Of a stretch of 64,000 nucleotides of DNA, positions 49,480-61,385 are shown piece by piece. The translations under genes and the position numbers were made by a program. Source of the DNA: Stegostoma tigrinum. Lineage: Eukaryota. The notes below the pieces were generated by a model. It was not told the origin of the DNA. It made no database searches and saw only the letters and a program-made list of their open reading frames with translations. How positions within the stretch are numbered: the first letter of the stretch is position 1; the number at the start of each line of letters is the position of its first letter. The stretch lies in assembly GCF_030684315.1 (NCBI RefSeq), contig NC_081384.1, positions 16,716,818 through 16,780,817 on the forward strand, written 5' to 3'.

Positions 49480-50030
49480 TCGTCCTGACTCTCCAAAGTC
49501 TGTCCATCATTTTCAAAGCTCCAGTCAGGAGCGTGATGGAATACTTCCCACTTGCCTGGATGGGTAAAGCTGTCATAACATTCAAGAAGCTTGACAATAT
49601 CCAGGACAAAGCAGGCCGCTTGATTAGCATCACAGTCACAAACATCCACTCCCTCCACCATCAACACTCAGTAGCAGCAGAGTGTACTACTTACAAAAGG
49701 CACTGCATAAATTCACCAAAGGTCCTGAGACAGCACATTCCTAACCCACAACCACTTCCATCTAGTGGGACAAAGGCAGCAGACCACCTTTAAGTTCTCC
49801 TCCAAGACACTTGCCACCCTGACTTGGAAGTATATCATTGTTCCTTCATTGTTCACTGGATCAAAATCCTGGAATTCTCTCCCTAATTGCATTGTGGGTC
49901 AACCCACAACATGTGGACTATAATAGTTCAAGAAGGCAACTCACCACTACCTTCTCAAGGGCAACTAAAGAGGAGCAATAAATGCTGGCCAACCAGTGAA
50001 GCCCATGTCTTAACTAATGAACTTTTTTTT
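49480..50030 (+). mobile_element. L2/Crack-like LINE 3' fragment
   Basis: VRSVMEYFPLAWMGKA...KKLDNIQDKA. The 3' end is caataaatgctggccaaccagtgaagccca. Confidence 0.85.
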
Positions 50031-50684
50031 AAAAAAGAGAGCTTATTAATTATTGGTGACCTGAAAGGCTCTGTGTTGCTTGTTCACAGACCCAAGCTGT
50101 TCAGCTACTTCACAATCGATAACATCATTGTTGGCAAACAGAATGCCTGTATTATTGATGAAAGTTCGCTAGTCCACAAACCAATTTGCTACTTGTTAGA
50201 GCCAAAGCTTCATCTGTACACAACCCTAAGTTCCAGTTCGTCGGCAACCACATTCTAACCACTGTTCGAAGTAGCTTTGTAAGCAGTACTGACAATGAGT
50301 GTTACACTGTTTGCTTTTAAAACATGCAGCCATCCTTGTTTTTAAAAACAATTCTTATCTCATTTCAGTCCACAATTTGAAATACAGGAAATGTTAGGGT
50401 TTTAAAGTGTTTTTAAAAGTCACAGTCTTTACAGTACTATGATGTCTGAGCAAACTATGTCCACAGTTTCAAAAACGCATTTAAAAAGATTGGAAAGGTC
50501 TACTTGAAATTTCACAGCTGTGATATTTCAGATGGAATAACTTGGAAGATTCTGTTTGGAAAAATTAAATTCAGGCACTATCCACTTGACATCCTATCAA
50601 AGAATTCAGTCCAATCAACCTTTACTGGTTTCTAGCCCAACATAATTTATTATTTCCCAGCTATATCCTTTCAGTCATAAAAAT

Positions 50685-50915
50685 TTTTCTTGTAGGGTGG
50701 TAAATCTTTGGAATTCTCTACATTAGAGGTCTAAAGGGCTCCATCTTTCAGTATACTCATGACAAAGAATGAAATGTTACTAGATTTTAAAGACATCCAG
50801 GGATATGGAGTTATTGCAGGAAAACAAGATTGAAGTGGATGATCAGCTATGATCTAGTTCAGTGGCAGACCAGGCTTGAGGGGCCAAGTGGCCTACTCTT
50901 GCTCCTATTTCCTTT
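50685..50915 (+). mobile_element. CR1 3' fragment
   Basis: agggtggtaaatctttggaattctctac...gatcagctatgatct...ggcttgaggggcc...ctcctattt. Confidence 0.7.
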
Positions 50916-52457
50916 TTTGTTATATGCAAGCACTCCCCATGGAAATGTAGTGTAATAGACACATCCTGAGGTCAATTACAGGCTAATTGCTGTCAAATGT
51001 TTCTCTAGATGGGCAATGAGTTGATTCCTCCCCTTGGGGAAGAGGCCAGTTTATCTAAAAGTAAGAAAAGAACAGTCAGAAATCTCCGATTTTCTTCCTC
51101 TTCTTCTACGTTTTTAAATGTTGTTTGGAATTCTTTAGAACAAATACGACACATGTCCTGGAATTTACAAAGGCCATGGTGTGTGCACCTGATGTGAGGG
51201 GGCTTTGAAAATTGACATCTTTGCATTGTCATGCCTCTGGGACAAATTTTTGCTGGGAGGGAATGGATGCGAACATCACCAATTACTGGTCCCATAGATA
51301 CATTAGGGAATGTTATAAGGGGGCCTGTCTGCTTGAGTTTGGAATTTGTCATAATTTTCTTGGTGAGCCCAAAACAATCATGCACATGTATGTTAGTTCA
51401 CAGCTGTTGAATGCACCATGGGGAACAGGTAATTTTGTCTGCTTCGAGTTGGAATATTGAAAGACCAACTTGTACTGACAGGGGATCCTCCCCATGTCTC
51501 GTTGTCCTTGGCTGCTTTTCATTTCCCGGCCTTCTTAAAAACTGCCTGTTCCAATCAACAAGGCAGCAATAGCCCCCTACAAGGCTGCTGATTACCTTGG
51601 CTACTGCCACCAGAAAAGTAATGCCTGCTTCATGGATGTGCCTGGCACCTCTCTGATGCTAAGTTCAGCTCCTGGCTAATTAGGCATTTAACCTCAAAAG
51701 TAGCATGAAATTTATCCAGCAGCACGGTTCCCTATAGAACATTGACTATCTGACGTACGATGTCTGAATGATAACATTTCCATTTGATTACAACTTTCAC
51801 AAGACATATTTTTCATTCACTGCATTACAGCTACCGTCTCTGCAATCATATTCCAAAAACGTCTTCTTTGGAACCCTTTAGATGCAATGAAAATAATTTG
51901 TGTTATTTTTCTTTTCATTGATAGTGTTCAAGCCACCCTTCTTTGGCAACAGCCTCTGCTCTGATCTGGTCATTTCCAAAAATAAATGAGCTATTATGTA
52001 AAAGACAACATCAATCACTACTGTTATTAATGTTGTCACATGTTGTAGACTTTCATAATAATTATGAGCACCTTCTGCTTAGTTGCTGCTCCCTTCCTTT
52101 CTCTAAGCCAATACTTTTGCACATTTTTTTATAAGAAAGCAAATGGGCAGGAGGTTTATATTTCTGACTTACTTCTCCAATACCAAATAACCTTCATCGA
52201 AAATACTCTCATGACTCATCTTGTTGAAAACTATAAAATATCTAAAGGTTTATGGATCTATTTGGCTTTTAATCCTATTCAAATCTAGCACAGGTTTCCT
52301 TTTGGTTTAAAGTCCTGGGCACAATGGATTCATTTAAGTCATAGAATTTTGGAAGTAAAATCTACATTTCCTTCCTTTCATTACACTGGTTACAGATATG
52401 TCTTTAATGTCTAATATTTGATTTTCTGCTCTGGCAAATGTGATCATTTATCTCCAG

Positions 52458-54305
52458 TGTTGAAGTGGAGATACTTAACTCTTAAATCAAATGAAAATAT
52501 GGAGCTTAAGGTGAGAAGATCAATAGTAATGAGAAAATAGAAACAGAGCAATTCTGATTTGAAGTATTCTACTTTTTCGAGCTGTTTGTAAGATGGCTGC
52601 TTGCGATCAGTAGACCCTATGGCTCATTTGACAATGGCAAGCCAGGAAGGGCATGAATGTAGTATTTTATTTCTTCCCAAACATCCTCTTTCTCATAAAA
52701 ATGAAAGAAATTTGCATGCACTATCATATACATTTTGAGTTACAAAGCTACCCATTGTACACATGCATTGTCAAAACTGTCCATTATTTCAGTTAGACCT
52801 TCTTTACCTGCACAACACATACATTGGTGGTCAGCTCTTCCTCAAGAGCTTGCTGGTTGAAATGTCTGCTCTCTTGTTTTTATCTTCTGAGAAATGTTTT
52901 CACTGACTGTTAATTTACATTGTTTCATTTGATAACTCTTTCCCGGTTTCTATCTCATCTGTTTGTGGTCTGCAATATATTATACATCTCCCTTGAGACA
53001 TTTAAGGTTACCACTGTGAGCTTTTGATTTACTTGTGCTAATTTGAGTGAATCATAGTATTCCTACAGTGTGGAAACAGGCTATTTGAAGTTCACACTGC
53101 CCCTCCAAAAAGCATCTCACCCAGACCCTATGCCCTACAACCCAACATTTCCAATGTCTAATCCACCTAGTTTACACACCCCTGGACACTACAGGCAATT
53201 TACCATGGCCAATCCATCTAACACATCTTTGGATTACGGGAGAAAACTGGAGTAAACCCAAGCAGTCACAGGGAGAATGTGCAAGCACAGTCACCTGAGG
53301 CTGGAATCAAACCTGGATCCCTGGCACTGTGAGGCAGCAATGCTAACCATTGAGCCGCCATACCACATTAGCTTTTGTGACTAATATCTGAAATGCTGAG
53401 GCTTCATTCTTACCATAGCATTGGGCAGTCTGGTTAATTTTTCCTCTTGAAGTAAACATGGTTTTATCACAGAAACTTATTTTTACCGTTGATGTTTTGA
53501 TTTTGTGAACACTATTTGGTACAACCTTAAGCAGATCTGTGAAGATCATAATGTTGTAGGAAGCAACAGACTCTATCTGGTACTTCATACATGCTTGATA
53601 TTTTCATTCTGCCGTCATCATTGAAATAGTTAGATACCCTGTTATCTTCTTTCAATTTGACATTGCCAACCTGCTTGAAGGTCCAGATTCAATCACTGAA
53701 ACTTTGGCCTGACACCTTACGTGTACACTTGATACGTCAGAATAATTCTCTGACATATCTGTAGGGAACACCTGTACATACTTGTTTGTTTTCTTCCTAG
53801 CTAACCACTTGCATAAAAAATACATTTTACAGTCATAGCCCACACTGGGCATCCTTTCTTTTATCTTACATGATGACGTCTCCAATATTTGCAACTTGTC
53901 CTTCAACCTTGATCTTTCTGCTGGGCCTTCTGAGGCTATTTGCTGCTCTCCACATTGTTACATTTGAATGATCTCAATTGATTACCAACAGTGTGCAAAA
54001 ATATTTCTCCACATTGTGGACAAGCTTATCTGTACTCCCATGTATGTGCTGAAACTGCTGATTTACAAATTTAGAACTGCAAGTGTTCATAACTACAAGA
54101 GTCAGATTCATTTATCTTAAAAATTTTGCTGTCATAGCAGGATCTCTAATACCTAAGATCATTTTATCTTTGATAAGATCATCTTTCAGATATGTGAATT
54201 GACACAGTTCAGAGATCTGCAATAATTTCACAATCTATCAAGACACCATTTTTCACTTTGATATCCAATATTGAGATCTAATTGTATTTTACATTCAATT
54301 TTGAT
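52458..54305 (-). mobile_element. Decayed Gypsy-type gag + protease, short internal region, PPT and candidate 3' LTR (gag-PR relic 3)
   Basis: Gag ELCQFTYLKDDLIKDKMILGIRDP (~54220-54140). Zinc knuckle CKYWRRHH..KKGCPVWAMT. Protease-like MKYQIESVASYNIM and TVKISFCDKT...RGKI. PPT-like gagaaagagga|tgt at ~52694-52682. Candidate LTR ends CA at 52458. An HE1 is inserted. Confidence 0.65.
53049..53367 (-). mobile_element. HE1 V-SINE
   Basis: ggcggctcaatggttagcattgctgcctcacagtgccaggg head, partial V-domain, CR1-type tail. Confidence 0.88.
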
Positions 54306-54309
54306 TCAA

Positions 54310-54605
54310 ATGTCATTGGACTAGTATTCCAAAACCCCAGGATCAGGGGAAATGGCTTTGAAACCCACCATGGCAGAAGGTAAAATTGCAATTTAATAAA
54401 AATTTGAAATAAGAGGCATGCTGTTGTTGACTGTTATAAAAATGCACCTGGTTCACGAATATCCTTTAACGAATTAAATCTGCCATCCTTATGTGATCTG
54501 ACCTAATGTGTCTACAGACATAACAAAGTAATTGACACTTAATTATCCTGTGGCTAATTAGAGAGGGTCAAGCATCCTGTGAACATTCTTTGCATGAATA
54601 ATAAA
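54310..54605 (+). mobile_element. tRNA-derived SINE (same family as 43155)
   Basis: tgtcattggactagtattcca...tttgaaacccaccatggcag...ctggttcac...tctgccatcctta. Confidence 0.7.
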
Positions 54606-54935
54606 ACAAACTGTTCTTTTTCTAAGTGATAAAAGTATAGTTGCTCTTGTTAGTTAATTAAATCAATTGCAATCTTATTGCTATGTCATTGTAAATGGGA
54701 AAAAAACTGGTAGTCCTGCTTCAAATCATTTTTTTAATTCAACAAAGGCAAGACAGAAAAAGTTTCAGTGATTTTATGACCCACCTAATGATTTAGCTGT
54801 CGCCTGTTTCTTTGCATACTTTTACCTTTGAGTGGTTTTTAGCAGCTTTCAGCAGCTCTAAACATTTTTGTGTTTCTCTTTAAGTAACTGTGCTTCCATG
54901 CAGCTCTGCAAAACTCAATACCTGTGCACAATGTT

Positions 54936-55372
54936 ACATGTTGAGTAGATTAGGATTATTTTCATTAGAAAGATGGAGATTGAGGGGGGACCTGATTGAG
55001 GTCTACAAAATCATGAGGGGTGTAGACAGGGTGGATAGCAAAAAGCTTTTTCCCAGAGTGGGGGACTCAATTACTAGGGGTCATGAGTTCAAAGTGAGAG
55101 GAGGAAAGTTTCAGGGAGATATGCGTGGAAAGTTCTTTACACAGAGGGTGGTGGGTGCCTGGAACGCATTGCCAGCGGAGGTGGTAGACGCAGACACGTT
55201 AGCGTCTTTTAAGATATATTTGGACAGGTACATGGGTGGGCAGGGAGCAAATGGACACAGACTGTCAGAAAATAGATGACAGGTTAGACAGAGGATCTTG
55301 ATCAGCGCAGGCTTGGAGGGCCGATTGGCCTGTTCCTGTGCTGTAATTTTCTTTGTTCTTTGTTCTATGTTA
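54936..55372 (+). mobile_element. 5'-truncated CR1
   Basis: LSRLGLFSLERWRLRGDLIEVYKIMRG...FFTQRVVGAWNALP. Tail tttgttctttgttctatg. Confidence 0.92.
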
Positions 55373-55439
55373 TGTCCAATGGGCGCAATTTTGCCTGCAC
55401 TCTGGCTTTACAGGAATTGGCTTCAGGAAGCAAGGAGGA

Positions 55440-56100
55440 GGGCATGCTGAAGTGGAGATGGTTGAGAGCATCAAGTTCCTAGGAGTGATGATCACCAACA
55501 ATCTGTCCTGATCCACCCACGTTGATGTGATAGTCAAGAAAGCTCAACAATGTCTCTATTTCCTCAGGAAATGGGAAATTCAGCATGACTGTAAAGACTG
55601 TTACAATTTTTAGAGATGCACTAAAGAAAGCATTCCATCTGGATGCATCACAGCTTGTTTTGGCAACTGCTCTGCTCAAGACTACAATAAACTACAGAGA
55701 ATTATGAACACAGTACAGTTCATCACATAAGCCAACCTTCCAACCATTAACTCCATTTATACTTCTTACTGCCTCAGGAAGGCAGCCAACATAATCAAAT
55801 ACCCCTCCCACCCTGGTTATAATCTCTTCCAACCTCTTCCATTGGATAAAAGATACAAAAACTTAAATATATGAACCAAAAAATTCAAGACCAACTTCTT
55901 CCCTGCTGTTATTACACTTTTGAATAGGCCTCTCAAGGCTTAAATTTAATATTGATCTCACTTTTTGTGTACCTTCTCTGCAAGGTGTAAAGTCATATTC
56001 CTTGCTCTGTTCTATTGCGCCTATGAAACTTCATGTGGTATGATCTGCCTGTACTGCATCACTGCATCTAGGTACACATGACAATATTAAATCAAATCAA
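55440..56100 (+). mobile_element. Rex1/Babar-type LINE 3' fragment
   Basis: EVEMVESIKFLGVMITNNLS*STHVDVIVKKAQQCLYFLR...SGCITA.FGNCSAQD..KLQR matches the Rex1 RT C-terminus. Tail (aaatc)n. Confidence 0.8.
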
Positions 56101-57329
56101 AAACAAAAAACTGTTTGTAAATTGCATTTCTGTCGAGAGTGTGCCTCTTGGCACAGGTCACATGATTACAGCAAGCCAGCAAGGACATTAGTATAAATGT
56201 AAATTTCCATCCAAACAATATCAATGAGGTTTCAACCATGTTAGAGACAAGAAATTTAAACCAAAATACCATTTTAACAAATTACAATTTAAGAATGAAG
56301 AGACACTTACATTCTTTACATAATATCAAGGAAACTTGCAAAAGTATAAATTTTACAGTTAAACCAATGAACTCAAAGCTCAAGCTATTTAAGAAAGACA
56401 AGTCTCAAGCAGCTGGAATAATAGTTCCAAGTATCAGGACCAAATAGAAATTTGAAATCATGGCTGTCCACAGAAATAAACTAATAAAAAGTAGAGCTGA
56501 GGAAATTATACAGGAGCTCTCAAAGAAAACTTGACAATGTCTGAGCTTTGAAGCCACTTACATCCAATGGTAGGAATGAAACTCCACAATGGGGAACACC
56601 CACTACTCCCTCCTGATTTAAACTCATACACTGTGCTAAGCTGATGAAGATCCAAGAAAGGAAGCGTAGACGGTGCCCTTACTGTGAACTAGATTTCAGA
56701 TCATGTGGAGCTTGGATGCCTGATTCCTGTGGAATAAGGAAGTGGCCCTATAATGTGGGGGCAACATCCTTGGTAGAAATATTAAACAGAAGCTCTGTCA
56801 AATTGTTCTGATGAATAATAAAGGTCCCACGGCACCAATTACAAAATAGGAAGAACCGGGTATGTTCAATAGTCCAAGAATAACTATCCCATTAGTAGGT
56901 TTGAAGATCTCAATCTAAATGTAACATCCAAAAATATGAAGTTCACCTGTAACTTTAATTCAAATTAATTAATGGAAGTTTCATGAAATACTATATTGCC
57001 ATAAAGAAATAAAGTAAAACAAGAGTGATTGCAGCCAATAATCAATTTGTAACTGTTGTAGTCATTAATTCCTTTGTTTTATGATGGTTACTGGTTTGAT
57101 TTTCACATTTGGTTTAAACATGAATTCTAAATGTACAGCAAAGAAAATACATGACTGTTCCTTTTGCTTTTTAAGTATCATTACATCATTAATATATTAG
57201 TTTTTTTGTCTGGTTGTTCCCGGGTTCCTGATGAATCTCTGATTTAAAAAAGGAGCACTTTGATAAATTGCATGACCTTTTATCCTTACTTGTTACAGAT
57301 AAGTTACAGACATTCATAGTACAGTATGG

Positions 57330-57510
57330 ACAGACCATATGTTTCAGTACAGAGGTTTTATTGCCTGGGTTCCCACATGCAGCTGTAATGACCTCTTTTT
57401 CACAGTTACCACAGCATTTGCAAGTTCAGAGGTCACCCTGCTTTGATGTCAAGCACGAAATGTTTCTTCACAAAACAATAACATACAACTTCAGCCTGGA
57501 CAGATGGTCC
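57330..57510. promoter_or_regulatory. Candidate enhancer (motif cluster)
   Basis: DR1 AGTTCAgAGGTCA (57423-57435) next to TCF/LEF CTTTGATG (57441), plus E-boxes CATATG, CAGCTG and CAGATG. Confidence 0.25.
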
Positions 57511-57989
57511 AAGCAGCCCATGTTGGGACACGCTTTAATTTAAACAGACATTGCTCAGCCTGGATTTAATCTGTAGCTTGTTAAATGGATCCATTTATCA
57601 AACACAAGTACTGATGTGCAAAACCAGGACAAGCAGCTGTTGATATGGCAGTTCCAATTCTTTAACCTGTAAGAGAACTTTTTGACAAGTTGGCGGTATT
57701 TCCATTGAAACACCTCTAAACACCCTTGGTGTAGCAGCCCCTTGCCTAAACACTTGATGCCATGGCCTTTGACATCATTCAAATTGGTATGCTGCAATTC
57801 ATTGACTGCACCCATTGCAAATCCCTTCTTTCTGTGGCAATCGATAATGTAAACACTGTGGTACCAACTTTACATTTCCTCTCATCACCCAGTCTAGCAT
57901 TGTTCACTGCACCACAGAGATTTATAATTTGTACTGATTAGAGAATAAAAGCTTTTCAAGAGTTGAAGTTCAACAGTGTTAACTAGATA

Positions 57990-58335
57990 AATCATATGTT
58001 TAGTATTTCAGAATTTATAATAGGGCTGGACACATGAGATGCCGGGCGGATGATTTGGAGGAATCTAGAACCATTTGACAGAGTTTCAGGATATGGGGTA
58101 GACCATTTAGATGAGATAAGGAAACTATTTTTTTATTTTAAGGGATAGTGAACCTATGGAATTGTCTAACAGAGAAGACTAGTCACTGCATATAATCAAG
58201 GAAGGGAATCATAAACATTTAGATATTAAAGGCATCAAAAGCTATGGAGAGAAAGCAGGAAAATAGAATTAAAATAGAGGATTAGTCGTGATTAAATTCA
58301 AATGAACTATTCTGGCTGATAGTTTCTATGTTTCC
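57990..58335 (+). mobile_element. Degenerate CR1 3' fragment
   Basis: aatctagaacc...ggggtagaccatttag...gtgaacctatggaatt...aaaggcatcaaaagctatggagagaaagcagg. Confidence 0.7.
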
Positions 58336-58389
58336 ATAATGCTTCTGCAGGATTTTTTAATTTTCCAAATGTCAAACATATTGAATTAC

Positions 58390-59515
58390 TTGCTAGCATT
58401 CTCATCTCAGAGACAGAAGATCACGGGTTAAATCTTCATTCCAGAGGCCTGAGCACAACATGTAGCATTTTTCAAGTGGCAGAGTTTCTTGTACCAAGTG
58501 AAAAAGTCAGCCTAGCATTCATTGGGTGGAGGTAGATCTTTGTCCCTACATCTGAGGAGGAGCTCTTATCTCAGAGACCAATTTGGACAAACTGATTGAC
58601 CAAACAAATCCGTTGTGTCAGAGGCCACAGCTGGGAACCCATTAGTCCCACCAAAGATAACACAGTGTGGATCTGGAGGTACTCAGCAGGCCAGGCAGCA
58701 TCAGAGGTGCAGGAACACTTGAGTCAGGACACTTCTTCAGAAAGAAGAGCCAGATTTATGTTGGAGGCGAGTTCTGAGGGCCTTTGGGTAGGGCCAGAGT
58801 GGGAGGTCACAGGGGCATGGAAGAAGACAGAATGACGTGAGTAGAGGTGGACTTGATAGGACAGGCCAGAGTGTGATGGTGGTAGATAGGGACAGGGGCT
58901 TCCCCTCTTTTTGAGAGGAGGTTTTTGCATGAGGCCTGTGAGGAGGGCAATTCCTTGTGTTTCCTCTTTTCATACACAAGTCCTCAGGTTCTCCCTTTGG
59001 CTCCATCCCTGCCATCCTTCAATGGCCTGGAAATTGCAGCCAGGTGGGAAGCAGCCCTGAGGTGGCCCGACAAGGGGTAGATGGGAAGGTAATCTGTAGA
59101 ATATTACACTGTGCCCGATCTGCAAAGCTGCCAGCAAAAGATAGTTAAAATTTGGACTGACACTCCAGTGCTGTATCAAAGGAGTGTTGCACTTTCAGAG
59201 AGTGCTGTTTTTTGGATGAGATGTTAAACCAAGAGGCAGCCTGTCACCTCAAGCAGTTATTAAAAAAAAATCCCATGACACTGTTTTGAGGAAGACCAGT
59301 AGAGCTCTCGCTTGTATCCTGATCAACATTTATGGCTCCACTAACACTAAAGCAGTTGATTTCATTGATGGCACAATGATGTTTGTTGGAGCTCACTGCA
59401 TTAAATTGGTCTGCTCCATTTCTTATATTAGAACAGACTTGAAACAAACACTGATGGGATGGAATAGCTTGAGGATATCTTGAGATTTTTGAGAGGCACG
59501 ATATCAATTCAAAAC
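58390..59515 (+). mobile_element. SacSINE1/Deu-type SINE split by a ~690-bp insertion (~58466-59154)
   Basis: tRNA-like head at 58390-58465. Body resumes at 59155 with ctgacactccagtg...ggagtgttgcact...ggatgagatgttaaacc...atcccatgacact, matching the Deu domain as remembered. Confidence 0.65.
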
Positions 59516-59809
59516 TATCTTTACATCAATTTGGGAGATGATTGGTGACATTGCAGAAAATACATGCAAGGAAAAGCCATTACAATTAGTCATAAAGTGG
59601 AAAATGTAGCAAAAGGCTCTACTCCTGCTCCCACTCTCCTCATTAAAGCAGCAAAGTGTTTATATTGCTGGATTTGTAATGTGGAGAATGCAAATTCAGT
59701 TCCGCCACTGAAGCTTGAGAATTTGTACTGCAGTGTGTATACAAGGAAAAAAGAAAAGTGATCTGTCCCAACAATGCTGAGACCTTTAGAAAGAAGCCCA
59801 GTGGCTAAG

Positions 59810-60088
59810 ATGGCATGGTGGCTCAGTGATTAGCACTGCTGTCTTACAGCACCAGGGACCCATGTTTGATTCCACCCTTGGGTAACTGTCTGTGTGGATT
59901 TTGCACATTCTTCCTATATCTGCATTGATTTCCTCCCACAGTCCAAAGATGTGCAGGCTAGCTGAATTGGCCATGCTAAATTGCCCCTAGTGTTCAGGGA
60001 TGTGTAGATTAGGTGGGATACTCTGAAGGTCAATGTCCACTTGTTGGGCTGAAGGGCCTGTTTCCATGCTGTAGGAATTCTATGATCT
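59810..60088 (+). mobile_element. HE1 V-SINE
   Basis: ggcatggtggctcagtgattagcactgctg...tcctcccacagtccaaagatgtgcagg...gggctgaagggcctgtttcc. Confidence 0.9.
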
Positions 60089-61169
60089 ATAGAAATATAT
60101 CTTTAATATAAGCAAGGCAGGAGATCGAAGTATGGCTGGAGTTGGACTTCTGGTGATCAAAAATTCTAATTTGCGTAACAAAGTAGCATCCTAGCTGAAT
60201 ATTCCCATGCCAATGATACTTGCACCCATAAAGCAATGCCCACACAGCAGGGGATGTAACCCACAACCTGAATAAAATCCTCAATGCTGATCTCACTGTG
60301 GAATATGTGCAACTGCAATTGCTTTCTGAATAAATGCAAAATACCATGGATGCTGGAAATCTGAAACACAGAAAATGCAGTAGAAACTCAGCAGGCCTGT
60401 CAATATCTATGAAAAGAGAAACAGTGTTTTGGGTTCAGTATATCCAAAGAGGAAAACTCATCTGAAGAAGAGTCATACCAGATTTGTAATATTAACTCAA
60501 ATGAATTTACTATGAAAATATAATTGAATAAGCATGCAAACTGTTGGACAACAGGCTAAGAGAAAAAAGTCAAGAACATTGTTTAAAGCTTCCTGACTAA
60601 TAGGTAACACATGTAAAACATATTTTTCATAACACAACTCTCAGTATATTATGCTTTTATTAGTCCCAAAGGTAGAGAGGGTATTCCCTTGGATATAGCC
60701 TTTGACCCGGCGACAATACTACAATTTGGTAAAATTTCACCTCTGGGCACATTGCTTTCTTGAATTTACTAGTGAACGAAACATTAGTTGATTGAGTCAA
60801 TAAAATGTATAGCCAATGATTCCTGAATATTGCTTTTAAAAAATCCAGGAGTGGGGGCATTCTCTCCCATGTTGCATGTGTTAGATAAGTACACGGAATA
60901 ACTAATCACAAAAGATGACTGAGAAAGCTGATAAATGCTCCTGTTTTTTTTAGCAGCCACATAAAGCTTTTTTTTTAAAATTGGCAAATGAAACGAATGC
61001 ACTTCCTGAACAAAAGATCCACACCTAAAGATTTAAGAATTGTAAATTACAGCTTTATTTCACTGGATGTACTAGTGACCTGGGTGTACCACGCAGATGG
61101 CTTATCTAAAGGTAATCTTTGTTTGTGAGGAAAAGGTTCAGAAATCTTAGTAAGAGCTAACAAACACAA

Positions 61170-61385
61170 GGGACTGGGTGGCTTAACGGGTTAGATCACT
61201 GTATGTTCACCTCTGGGCCCTTTCTTTGCATTCAGCAATGGGAGTGCCTTTAGCTAAAGATTGTGTATGTGCTCTGAGTCATATTAATTACGGCTGTCCT
61301 AAACTTGATCCTGGTAGGAATGAATCCACAGCTAGAAACGGCAATGATTTGCCACTAATTAACTGTGTTGGCAGTCTCAGTAAGC
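61170..61385 (+). mobile_element. LF-SINE-like element (degenerate)
   Basis: gggactgggtggct...ttcacctctgg and tttgccactaatt...tgttggcagtctcag resemble the remembered LF-SINE consensus. Confidence 0.5.

Noticed and set aside
51200-51420. Possible Gypsy integrase remnant (HQLLVP...LGEPKT)
   Set aside because: Too short and degenerate to call.
53343-53960. ~200-codon nearly open minus frame as an endogenous viral gene
   Set aside because: Adjacent frames show Gypsy gag, zinc-knuckle and protease motifs.
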